A DNA stretch of 32,000 nucleotides from Desulfocapsa sulfexigens DSM 10523 (GCF_000341395.1 NC_020304.1:2250001-2282000), one strand, 5' to 3'. Counted from the stretch's first letter, positions 1-8,546 are shown. Translations and numbers: made by a program. Notes: a model not told the origin generated them from the sequence alone.

Positions 1-2
1 AT

Positions 3-1556
3 GATAATGCCAGGGCTATTATTAGTAATTTCGGTGAAGATTTCTGGTTAGGACCTTTCACTGAAGTGCTGCTTGCGAAAGCTCCATTTTTTTCTATATT
101 TGTCGCATTATCAATAAGTAGCGGAATCCCACTTCGAGTATTGGAATTTTTGTTGTACGTGCCGTTACCATTCTTGTTTTTGTTTGCTCTTCGTCCTCTT
201 CAACTGCCTAAGTTTTTCCTCCTGTCTATCAGTATCGTGTGTTTACTGTTTATTCCTGCTGCTGGTTTGCAACTGAGGCTTGTCCGTACTACTGTATTTG
301 GTGCGATAGTGCTGTATACGCTAATTTTTATGACAGCCCTTATAGTTTATGTGGCGATGCGACAAAAAAGAATCTGGATTTGGGCTTTTTTGACGGGGGC
401 AGGTATAGGTTGTGCTGCAATGACCCGTGAAGAAGGAATCTGGCTTTTTTTTCCTGCATTAATTGCAATGACAGCAGTTTTTCTTTTCTCCAGGAAACAA
501 AAAAGAGTTATTGAAGTGATTGTACTTACACTTCTTTTAGTGGTTGGGTATCAGGTACCATTGGCTACTTTTTCTTTATTAAATTACCATTCATATGGTG
601 TGTTTTCCCCTTCTTTAAGGCAGAATCAGTCATATAAAAAATTGTACTCCACTTTAACGTCGATTGAGCCGGCTGAAAGGTCTAAGTATGTACCCTTTGC
701 TGCAAAGGCAAGACAAAGTACATATGAAATATCACCGTATTTCAGACAATTAAAACCATTTGTCGAGGGGGCGGCTGTGGACGATCTGGCAACTAATGCT
801 GAGCATCACAGGATAAGTGGCTGGGGGGAAAAACTGAATACGCGAGAGTTTTTTGTTTCGACGTTTGATTGGGCCTTGGCAAGAGCAATTTTTCTCAGTG
901 GGAGAACAACCGCCCGTGACTTTTTAGATTTCTGCGACAAGGCTACAGAGGAGATTCAATCTGCTATCCACTCGGGTGAACTCGTGGCTGGTAGTACAGG
1001 CCTGGGACTGTTACCTTCTTTGTCTGAAGGTGAAGTTTCTCAGGTCTTGTATGCTACCTACAGGTCAATACAGCTGCTGTTCTGGCCACAAGGAATTGTC
1101 CGAAAAAATAATCTCAGCACCAATCCAAATCCTGGAGTTGCTTCAAATTGGCATTCGTCACTCGGCACTTGGGCAGCTGATTCTCATGTCCTCGGCGAGC
1201 GTTTTTCAGATATTGTGTTTAATCGTTTTGTGGTCAATCTTTTTAAAGTGAGCTATGGAATAACCTTTGTACTCGGAATAATTGCTCTTGTATTTTTACT
1301 TCGCAAAGAGAAACGGCAAGGGGTGATACTTTTAGCAGTAATGACAGCTTCTGCAGGAGGAGTGATTGCTTTTAGTGTTGTTATGGGAGTTATGGATACT
1401 ATTGCCTGGTCTATATTAGAACAGGTTGGGAGTTACAATATTATAGGACAATTCCCACTACATTTTTTATTCTTGATTTCAGTTGTTGCCATCCTGCATT
1501 GTTTTGAGGTTTTTCGATCAGAAAAGCTTGTTACAGAGAAGGAAATATCTGTTTAG
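3..1556 (+). CDS. Polytopic membrane protein, possibly a GT-C-fold (ArnT/PMT-like) glycosyltransferase; the 5' end lies outside the window
   Basis: The frame is open from nt 3, with no stop before the GTG at 66 used by the ORF track (DNARAIISNFGEDFWLGPFTEV...), so the gene is cut by the window edge. It has about 6 hydrophobic helices, a hydrophilic domain of about 210 aa, then 3-4 C-terminal helices. It lies on the same strand as wzt, 170 nt upstream. The family call is from architecture only. Confidence 0.5.
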   Translation, partial: DNARAIISNFGEDFWLGPFTEVLLAKAPFFSIFVALSISSGIPLRVLEFLLYVPLPFLFLFALRPLQLPKFFLLSISIVCLLFIPAAGLQLRLVRTTVFGAIVLYTLIFMTALIVYVAMRQKRIWIWAFLTGAGIGCAAMTREEGIWLFFPALIAMTAVFLFSRKQKRVIEVIVLTLLLVVGYQVPLATFSLLNYHSYGVFSPSLRQNQSYKKLYSTLTSIEPAERSKYVPFAAKARQSTYEISPYFRQLKPFVEGAAVDDLATNAEHHRISGWGEKLNTREFFVSTFDWALARAIFLSGRTTARDFLDFCDKATEEIQSAIHSGELVAGSTGLGLLPSLSEGEVSQVLYATYRSIQLLFWPQGIVRKNNLSTNPNPGVASNWHSSLGTWAADSHVLGERFSDIVFNRFVVNLFKVSYGITFVLGIIALVFLLRKEKRQGVILLAVMTASAGGVIAFSVVMGVMDTIAWSILEQVGSYNIIGQFPLHFLFLISVVAILHCFEVFRSEKLVTEKEISV

Positions 1557-1728
1557 AAAGAGTTATTGTTTCTGCATACACCCACTGCCACTTTTGGCAG
1601 TCTGGGCGTTCCCCAGTGAGTTGTTTTATGATTCTTCGGATCAGAATATGAGATGAAAAACATTGGCAATATTCACGATTAAAAAAATCACCTTCCAGGG
1701 TGAAAGTGGATAATATAAAGGATTTTTG

Positions 1729-3117
1729 ATGTCTTTAAGTGATCTAGCAGTGATTGTAAATGATGTATCCAAGTGCTATCAAATTTATGAGCAGCCGGCT
1801 GATCGTCTGAAACAGATGCTGTTTCCCCCCTTGTATCAACACGTATTAAGAAAAGTATCTAAACAATATTTTTCAGAGTATTGGGCTTTGAAAAATGTCT
1901 CGTTTACTGTGGAGAAGGGTCAATCTGTAGGTATTGTGGGGAAGAATGGTGCGGGCAAGTCCACATTGTTACAGATTATATGCGGGGTTTTGTTTCCTAC
2001 CTTTGGCGGTGTTCAACTGAATGGCAGGATAGCAGCTCTTTTGGAACTCGGAACCGGTTTTAATCCTGAGTTCACAGGTGTTGAAAATATCTATCTTTAT
2101 GGTGCTATACTTGGTCTGGATAGAAATGAAATGGCTGACCGATTTGATAGGATTGCTGCATTTGCAGATATTGGTAATTATATCAACCAACCCATTAAAA
2201 CATTTTCCAGTGGTATGGTTGTGCGGCTCGCGTTTGCGGTAATTGCCCATGTAGATGCCGATATACTTGTTATTGATGAAGCTTTGGCTGTTGGGGATGC
2301 ATTCTTTCAACAAAAATGTATCCGGTTTCTTCGTTGCCATAAGGAAAAGGGTGGAACGAGTTTATTTGTAACCCACGATACATCCTCAGTAGTTACCTTA
2401 TGTGACAAGGCACTACTTCTTTTTCCGGGGAGTAGCAGAACTCCAATTTTTGGTGAGTCTGAAGATGTATGTAAACTCTATCTTGAAGATCTGTATAGTG
2501 ATCCAGAGCGAGAGAGAATCCTGCTACACCCTGATAAGTTTCAACGTAATTCCCAGGAAAAATCCCATACAAAAAAAACACTTTATGGTGATTTGACATC
2601 TTTTGATTCTATCTATGCAGTCTCCACCTTTAAGCATGGGGCAGAAGATTTTGGAAAAGGTGGGGCGGTAATTATTGATGCTGGTTTTTTTGATGATGAC
2701 GGGCATCGATTAAGTATGATTAAGGGCGAGGATACTGTTTCTTTTATTATCAAAGCAAAAATATATCGTCATATTATCTGGCCTGCTTTTGGGTTTATGC
2801 TGAAAAACAGTTTAGGTGAATATCTTTTTACAGAAGGCACAGACCAGCATTTTAGAAGCCATAAATTGGTGTTTGATGAGAATGATATTGTTGTAGCAAC
2901 ATTTTCCTTTACGATGCCGCACTTGTTTCGAGGACAATATATGATAAATGTTGCTCTTGCAGAAGGTATTGGTGATGAGCATATACAGCATCATTGGATT
3001 CATGATGCGGTACAAATAGATGTACTGTCAAGTCGCCTTATGCACGGCCACAGTGGAATGAATAATGTCAAAATGTCCATTGAAATACAGTCAGATAGTT
3101 TCAAAGGGACAATATGA
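1729..3117 (+). CDS. wzt: Polysaccharide ABC-exporter ATP-binding protein (Wzt/TagH type) with a C-terminal glycan-cap-binding-type extension
   Basis: Walker A GKNGAGKST, signature-like FSSGMVVRLAFA, Walker B ILVIDEALAVGD and H-loop FVTHD match the Wzt/TagH/KpsT pattern. A beta-rich C-terminal extension of about 190 aa (GGAVIIDAGFFDDDG...FRGQYMINVALAEG...) resembles the Wzt C-terminal carbohydrate-binding domain. I prefer the ATG at 1729 to the track's TTG at 1726; AAGGA lies about 9 nt upstream. The stop overlaps the next gene's start (ATGA at 3114-3117). Confidence 0.88.
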   Translation: MSLSDLAVIVNDVSKCYQIYEQPADRLKQMLFPPLYQHVLRKVSKQYFSEYWALKNVSFTVEKGQSVGIVGKNGAGKSTLLQIICGVLFPTFGGVQLNGRIAALLELGTGFNPEFTGVENIYLYGAILGLDRNEMADRFDRIAAFADIGNYINQPIKTFSSGMVVRLAFAVIAHVDADILVIDEALAVGDAFFQQKCIRFLRCHKEKGGTSLFVTHDTSSVVTLCDKALLLFPGSSRTPIFGESEDVCKLYLEDLYSDPERERILLHPDKFQRNSQEKSHTKKTLYGDLTSFDSIYAVSTFKHGAEDFGKGGAVIIDAGFFDDDGHRLSMIKGEDTVSFIIKAKIYRHIIWPAFGFMLKNSLGEYLFTEGTDQHFRSHKLVFDENDIVVATFSFTMPHLFRGQYMINVALAEGIGDEHIQHHWIHDAVQIDVLSSRLMHGHSGMNNVKMSIEIQSDSFKGTI

Positions 3118-6100
3118 TTATTGCATGTCGTTATGGTGATTTTGCAGTTCCTGGTGATAAGGATTTAATTGTTAACTCTTTGCGCCATTATGGAGAATGG
3201 GCTCAAGCCGAGATAGATGTTTTAGCCCACTTCATTACTGAAGGACATGTTGTCGTTGATGTTGGTGCTTTTGTTGGAACACATGCACGTGCATTCTCCA
3301 CAATGGTAGGATTGGAAGGAAAGGTACATGCTTTTGAGCCAAACACTGTCATTTATTCATTTCTTGAAGAGAATGCTGCAAATTCTTCATTCTCTAACAT
3401 CGCAGCATATCCTTTTGGGCTTAGTAGTAAAAATGAAAAAATGGCTAGTGTTAATACATGGGATGGTGCAAATCAGGGCGCATTTCGGCTAGAGAGAAAT
3501 GAAGGTGGAGATGTTGAACAAACCGTGGATGTTAAGTCATTGGATTCTTTGGGTCTGGGCGAGATTGATTTCATCAAGGCCGATGTGGAAGGCATGGAAC
3601 TTAGGGTGCTGATCGGTGGAGAAAAAACAATCGAAACATATAGGCCTGCCATTTTTATTGAAATAAATTCCCTGGAAGCGTCCTACGGTATTCTCAATTG
3701 GGCTAGGCAGCGGGATTATTTTATTTATGGGGTGATCACCTCGGCTTTTAATCCAGATAATTTTAATAGGGCTGAAAGTGATATATTTGAGCAGGCCAAA
3801 GAATGCGGTTTGTTGTTGATTCATTCTCAAAAACTCAATGAATATTGTGTTGATGTAGACCGATTGGCTTTGCCTGAAATCAAAACTGCTGATGACATAG
3901 CTCTTCTATTACTGCATAAGCCGCAGTATCCATATGAAATATTAGAGAAGCTAGCAACTGCTGAAAAATTGGGGATTGATTATCTGGCTCCGAGTCTGGT
4001 GAAAACGGTGAACGAGTTTACCCGTCGGATCACGAGCTTTGAGCAAACTTTAGGGGAGCGTGACATTCAGCTAGAAAATCTAAATAAAATTATCAGAGAA
4101 CGAGATGTTCAGCTAGAAAATATAAATAAAATTATCGGAGAGCGAGATATTCAGCTAGAAAATTTAAATAAAATTATCAGAGAACGAGATATTCAGATAG
4201 GAGATCTTGGCCAAGTTGTTGGAGAATGCAACAACCAAATAGCGAATCTTAATCAGGTTGTGAATGAATATGCCAAGCAGATGGGCAGTATAATATCATC
4301 AAAGTCCTGGATTCTTACAAAACCTCTGAGGTTTCTTGATCGCTTCGTGCGTGTGGGGGGGGGGGCATTGCCGACACTGCTCAGAAATAATCATGAACGA
4401 AAAACCAGTACATCCAGAGCTAATGATGAGGAGCGGCTACGTACTTCTGTAAAAGGGGTGTTTGATGTGTCGTTCTACCTGAAAACATATCCTGATATTG
4501 CTGCCTTGAGTGTAGATCCTCTGGATCATTTTTTAACAATAGGCTGGCAGGAAGGTCGTAATCCCAACCTGTACTTTGATACTAATTATTATCTATTGAA
4601 AAACCCTGATATTGCCATCGCTAATATCAATCCACTTCTGCATTATGTTGAGCATGGATGGCGGGAAGGGCGTAATCCAAGTAGATGTTTTGATACTAAG
4701 TATTATTTGTCTGATAATTCCGATGTCGCAGACGCTGATATCAATCCACTTCAACACTATATAGATCATGGCTCACGGGAAGGCCGTAGTTCGTATATGT
4801 TTTTTGATGAGAAATATTACCTCGAAAATAATCCAGATATTCGTTCGTCAGGAGTTAATCCTCTTATTCATTTTATGGAATTTGGTTGGCGGGAAGGGCG
4901 GTCTCCTGGGATCTATTTTGATATAAACTTTTATTTGTCCGAGAATCCAGACATTGCTGAAGCGGAAGTGAATCCTCTCATTCATTTTGTAGAATTTGGC
5001 TGGCTGGAAGGGCGCAACCCAAATCCATATTTCAACATTAATTACTATTTGTTAGAAAATTCAGCCGTAGCTGATTCAGGAATGAATCCACTGCTACATT
5101 TTATCAAACAGGGATGGCAGAATGGGTGCAACCCAAACCCCGATTTTGATGTCGATTATTATATTAATGCCTATCCAGATGCGGTTCGTTCCGGAGACAA
5201 TCCCTTACGTCACTATATTGAAACAGGTCGTTCATCTGGATATATGACATTTCCAGCGAAACAGAGAGTTAATGGTGTCGTGAAGGATACGTTTGTGAGT
5301 CATGAAAAACAAAAATATGTTTCAGAGATGATATACGATGATATCAAAAGGAGGATTAAACATTCCACGATACGAATAAAAAACACACCTCAATGTGTGA
5401 AAATCACGGAAGATACTATTGCAGACAGTATAGAGAACTTATCGTTTAATTCTTGGAGTAACCCGGAAGTTTCCATCATTATTCCAGTTTTTAACTGTTT
5501 GCAAATGTTGGTGGAATGTTTGGTTAGTATTAAAAAATATGTACGGATACCTTTTGAAATAATAATAGCTGATGATTGTTCCGACGATACAAGAATTGAA
5601 GCGATGTTTGAAAATCATCAGACAGTCAAATATATCAGGAATGAGGTTAATGTTGGTTTTTTGCGAAATGTGAACAATAGTATATCCTGTTGTTCCGGGG
5701 AGTTCATTTTCCTTCTAAACAGTGATGTACAGCTGCTGGATGATTGTGTTTCAGTATTGGTGAGTCACTTGCAAACTGATCCAGATGCCATGGTATCTGG
5801 ACCTAAAATTATCTACCCGAATGGAATTTTGCAGGAAGCTGGAGGATGTATACGTACTGATTGTTCCACCGTTATGACAGGGAATGGCCATAGTGCTGAG
5901 GACACGAGATATGGATTTAATCGTTATGTTGATTACATCTCCGGCGCATGCCTGTGTTTTGAAAAAGAGAATTTTATTTTGCTTGGTAAGTTTGACGAAA
6001 GTTACTCACCTGCTTATGCAGAGGATCTTGAGTTCTGTGCTCGTGTGATAAAAATGGGAAAAAAGGTTTTATATGTTGCTGAAACCACAATTGTTCATCG

Positions 6101-7277
6101 GCTAAGTGCATCCAGTGAGGCTGTGTCTGAAGATTTTAAAATTTATCAGTCTGCTGTCAATAAACAAAAGTTTAGAGAAGGATATAGTACGTTTTTCAAA
6201 AAAGAAAATCGGATCAAACCGATTGCTTTTTATTTGCCACAGTTTCACTCTATTAAAGAAAATAATTACTGGTGGGGGGAAGGATATACTGAATGGAGAG
6301 AAGTTGCGAACGCTCGGCCTCTTTTCCATCACCATTATCAGCCTCATATTCCTGCTGATCTCGGGTTCTATGATCTCGATACCCACAAAGGGATTTTTGA
6401 AAAACAAGCGGCACTGGCTAGACGGTATGGCATACATGGATTTTGTTTCTACTATTATAATTTTGGTAACTTTGAGTTACTTGAAAAACCACTTGAGCGT
6501 TTTCTTCGGTCAGAAGCTGATATACAATTCTGCCTTTGCTGGGCAAATGAAAATTGGACACGAACCTGGGATGGGAGAGAAAATGATATTTTGTGTAAGC
6601 AAAATGAAGATGCTGATGGGAATTTTTTGGGTGTTCTAAAGGGGATGGAGCGTTATGTTCACGATAGCCGATATGTTACGGTTGATAAGAAACCGCTTGT
6701 TCTTATTTATCGAGCAGAGCTGATTGGAAACATTAGGAATGTGACTCGGTCATGGCGTAAGTATTGGAAAGATAAATATAAAGGTGAACTGTATCTGTGC
6801 CTGGTTGACAGTATGGGACGTTCTTCAGGATCAAGTATCTCCCCGGAGGAGTTAGGGTTTGATGCTGCTGTGGAGTTTCCTGTACACCATGTCAATAACA
6901 CTTCAAAGCTTAAGATATCTGATGAACTGGAAAATGTTCGATTTGAAGGGATGTCGTACGATTATACTGATGCCGTTGTGGAAATATGTTCCAGGAAGCA
7001 CCCTGGTTATAAACGGTTTCCTGGAGTATTTCCTTCATGGGATAATACCCCTCGAAGAGGTAATACTTCAACCGTTTTTCGTAATGCTCATCCTAGCTCG
7101 TTCCAAGTGTTTCTTGAGAATAAATGTGAGGAGGCAAAGCTCTATAGTCGTGATGAACGACTTCTTTTTGTTAATGCCTGGAATGAGTGGGGGGAAGGTG
7201 CTCACCTGGAACCTGACATTGAATACGGTCACACCTGGTTACAGGTTATAGAAAAAGTAGTGAGAGAGAACCAATAA
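3114..7277 (+). CDS. 1387-aa multidomain glycan assembly protein: FkbM-family methyltransferase, coiled coil, 7 x 38-aa repeats, GT2 glycosyltransferase, WbsX-like domain
   Basis: The N-terminal part has VVDVGAFVGTHARAFS, FEPN and IDFIKADVEGMELRVLIGG (FkbM methyltransferase pattern). Residues ~296-400 are heptad-patterned (ERDIQLENLNKIIR x3 and following) and end in SKSWILTKPLRF. Residues 450-710 are seven NPLxH(Y/F)xxxGWxEGRxP repeats. Residues ~785-1010 carry VSIIIPVFN...IIIADDCSDD...LLNSDV (GT2). Residues ~1036-1387 carry IAFYLPQFHSIKENNYWWGEGYTEW (WbsX-like family). It is a single uninterrupted ORF, translationally coupled to wzt. Confidence 0.85.
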   Translation: MIIACRYGDFAVPGDKDLIVNSLRHYGEWAQAEIDVLAHFITEGHVVVDVGAFVGTHARAFSTMVGLEGKVHAFEPNTVIYSFLEENAANSSFSNIAAYPFGLSSKNEKMASVNTWDGANQGAFRLERNEGGDVEQTVDVKSLDSLGLGEIDFIKADVEGMELRVLIGGEKTIETYRPAIFIEINSLEASYGILNWARQRDYFIYGVITSAFNPDNFNRAESDIFEQAKECGLLLIHSQKLNEYCVDVDRLALPEIKTADDIALLLLHKPQYPYEILEKLATAEKLGIDYLAPSLVKTVNEFTRRITSFEQTLGERDIQLENLNKIIRERDVQLENINKIIGERDIQLENLNKIIRERDIQIGDLGQVVGECNNQIANLNQVVNEYAKQMGSIISSKSWILTKPLRFLDRFVRVGGGALPTLLRNNHERKTSTSRANDEERLRTSVKGVFDVSFYLKTYPDIAALSVDPLDHFLTIGWQEGRNPNLYFDTNYYLLKNPDIAIANINPLLHYVEHGWREGRNPSRCFDTKYYLSDNSDVADADINPLQHYIDHGSREGRSSYMFFDEKYYLENNPDIRSSGVNPLIHFMEFGWREGRSPGIYFDINFYLSENPDIAEAEVNPLIHFVEFGWLEGRNPNPYFNINYYLLENSAVADSGMNPLLHFIKQGWQNGCNPNPDFDVDYYINAYPDAVRSGDNPLRHYIETGRSSGYMTFPAKQRVNGVVKDTFVSHEKQKYVSEMIYDDIKRRIKHSTIRIKNTPQCVKITEDTIADSIENLSFNSWSNPEVSIIIPVFNCLQMLVECLVSIKKYVRIPFEIIIADDCSDDTRIEAMFENHQTVKYIRNEVNVGFLRNVNNSISCCSGEFIFLLNSDVQLLDDCVSVLVSHLQTDPDAMVSGPKIIYPNGILQEAGGCIRTDCSTVMTGNGHSAEDTRYGFNRYVDYISGACLCFEKENFILLGKFDESYSPAYAEDLEFCARVIKMGKKVLYVAETTIVHRLSASSEAVSEDFKIYQSAVNKQKFREGYSTFFKKENRIKPIAFYLPQFHSIKENNYWWGEGYTEWREVANARPLFHHHYQPHIPADLGFYDLDTHKGIFEKQAALARRYGIHGFCFYYYNFGNFELLEKPLERFLRSEADIQFCLCWANENWTRTWDGRENDILCKQNEDADGNFLGVLKGMERYVHDSRYVTVDKKPLVLIYRAELIGNIRNVTRSWRKYWKDKYKGELYLCLVDSMGRSSGSSISPEELGFDAAVEFPVHHVNNTSKLKISDELENVRFEGMSYDYTDAVVEICSRKHPGYKRFPGVFPSWDNTPRRGNTSTVFRNAHPSSFQVFLENKCEEAKLYSRDERLLFVNAWNEWGEGAHLEPDIEYGHTWLQVIEKVVRENQ
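4056..4265 (+). repeat. In-frame 42-bp (14-codon, two-heptad) tandem repeat: three near-identical units plus two degenerate units
   Basis: The units are 4056-4097, 4098-4139 and 4140-4181 (ERDIQLENLNKIIR / ERDVQLENINKIIG / ERDIQLENLNKIIR, differing at only a few nucleotides). Units 4182-4223 and 4224-4265 have decayed (ERDIQIGDLGQVVG, ECNNQIANLNQVVN). Read directly from the sequence. Confidence 0.92.
4355..4365 (+). repeat. G11 homopolymeric tract inside the coding sequence
   Basis: The sequence cgt gtg ggg ggg ggg gca (R V G G G A) gives eleven consecutive G. Other G runs I noticed in this window are 6 nt (near 820, 6274, 7189). Confidence 0.95.
4461..5243 (+). repeat. Seven tandem 114-bp (38-aa) coding repeats, the last one truncated to 33 aa
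   Basis: The unit consensus is FDxxYYLxxNPDIAxAxxNPLxH(Y/F)xxxGWxEGRNPxxY. The boundaries fall at an exact 38-aa period from F450. Confidence 0.9.
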
Positions 7278-8444
7278 ATGACAATTTGTGTATTTGGACA
7301 TCCTTATTCTTCTCTAGGTACAGGAGAACAGTTGGCATCATTCTCGCGCTCACTTGACGTTTGCCATGTCGAACATAAATTATTTGATATTTATGGTAGC
7401 AGCGCATGTGATAAGGGTATCATTCGTCCGTGGCTCAAGGAAAAAGAAACAAAGGATCCGGGGTACGGTGACATCCGAATATTTCATATAAATGGAGACG
7501 AAATAATACCATGTATGAAACATTTGGAAGACAAGGGGTTTGATTTTTCTGCAGGTAGCAAAAATATCATCATTCCTGCTTGGGAACTTCCGATATTTCC
7601 TGAAATATGGAGAGAAGGGATTAATCGATTTGATGAGGTCTGGGCACTCTCGCATTATATGGAAAAAATGCTTTCAGGCTGGACCAGTGGAGCCGTAAGG
7701 TATGTCGGACAATCAGCTGAGAGGCAAAATGGAATCCTCTATCCCCGAAAATACTTTGGTATTAAAAATTCTTCCCTTGTCTTTCTTTCCTTTTTTGATC
7801 AGTCATCATATGTCGGAAGAAAAAATCCGACAGCACTCTTGGATTTTTATAAAATATTAAGAAAAACCCATCCATTCAGTGATTTTCAACTGGTGATCAA
7901 GGCAAAGAATATTGATTCGAACAGTTCGCTTGAAATTGAAATAATCGATGAAAATGTTCTCTTGATAAATGGTAATTTAAGTTACCATGAAATGACATCA
8001 CTTCTTGATTCTTCAGATGTTTTTGTCTCTTTGCACCGTGCTGAAGGGTTTGGCAGAGGTGGAGCCGAGGCCGTTCTTCGTCAAAGGCGTGCCATTGTCA
8101 CAAACTATTCTGGTGTTGAAGATTATTCTGCTGACCCAGCTGTCTTGCCCGTTGGGTATGATTTGGTACCAGTTAAAGAAGGAGAGTATCCTTATCATGA
8201 GGGGCAGGTATGGGCTGAACCTCGAATGAGTGATGCCGTAAAACATGCCAGTAAACTCATTAATGACTATGAGCGAGGTTTTACAAACAGCTGTTTTTTT
8301 GACAAGGAGGAAAATGCAGGGGAAATTGTTCGTAGAGTGGCTTCTAGTTTTAGTGTTGGGGTGAATGTAATTAAAAACCTGAACAAGACTAAAGGTCCTG
8401 TATCTGGTTGTGCCAAGAGATATGCGCATTTGCATGACTCGTAA
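7278..8444 (+). CDS. GT4-family (GT-B fold) glycosyltransferase
   Basis: The C-terminal half has RKNP...VIKAK...SDVFVSLHRAEGFGRGGAEAVLRQRRAIVTNYSG, which includes an E-x7-E motif. The ATG directly follows the TAA of the upstream gene (TAAATG). Confidence 0.72.
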   Translation: MTICVFGHPYSSLGTGEQLASFSRSLDVCHVEHKLFDIYGSSACDKGIIRPWLKEKETKDPGYGDIRIFHINGDEIIPCMKHLEDKGFDFSAGSKNIIIPAWELPIFPEIWREGINRFDEVWALSHYMEKMLSGWTSGAVRYVGQSAERQNGILYPRKYFGIKNSSLVFLSFFDQSSYVGRKNPTALLDFYKILRKTHPFSDFQLVIKAKNIDSNSSLEIEIIDENVLLINGNLSYHEMTSLLDSSDVFVSLHRAEGFGRGGAEAVLRQRRAIVTNYSGVEDYSADPAVLPVGYDLVPVKEGEYPYHEGQVWAEPRMSDAVKHASKLINDYERGFTNSCFFDKEENAGEIVRRVASSFSVGVNVIKNLNKTKGPVSGCAKRYAHLHDS

Positions 8445-8546
8445 AGAGATAACATTCTCTATACTCTAAGGTTCGGGGCTGAGCGCATATTGCTTCAATG
8501 TGTGATACTTTTTGTTGTCTGGTAGAGACTGGTTTGGGGCTGATAG

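Noticed and set aside
1584-1601. Hairpin ACTGCCA-CTTT-TGGCAGT after the first gene
   Set aside because: The 7-bp stem is followed by CTGGGCGTTCCCC with no U tract, so it is not a canonical intrinsic terminator. Its function, if any, is unknown.
1726-1728. Non-ATG starts chosen by the ORF track (TTG 1726, TTG 20344, GTG 24494)
   Set aside because: In each case an in-frame ATG lies 1-3 codons downstream (1729, 20338, 24503) and is the more plausible initiator. The difference does not change any interpretation.
4056-5243. Tandem repeats, considered as a CRISPR-like or other non-coding array
   Set aside because: Both arrays are in frame within a long ORF, have no spacers, and encode heptad or 38-aa protein repeats. 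They are coding repeats, not a CRISPR array.
6106-7251. Alternate-frame and antisense ORFs (177 aa, 130 aa, 111 aa, 64 aa) inside the megaprotein gene; similarly 14051-14596 (+) inside a radical SAM gene, 29199-29789 (-) inside ribF, and 8013-8435 (-) inside the GT4 gene
   Set aside because: Each is nested within an ORF that carries strong family motifs, and none has motifs of its own. They are typical shadow ORFs.
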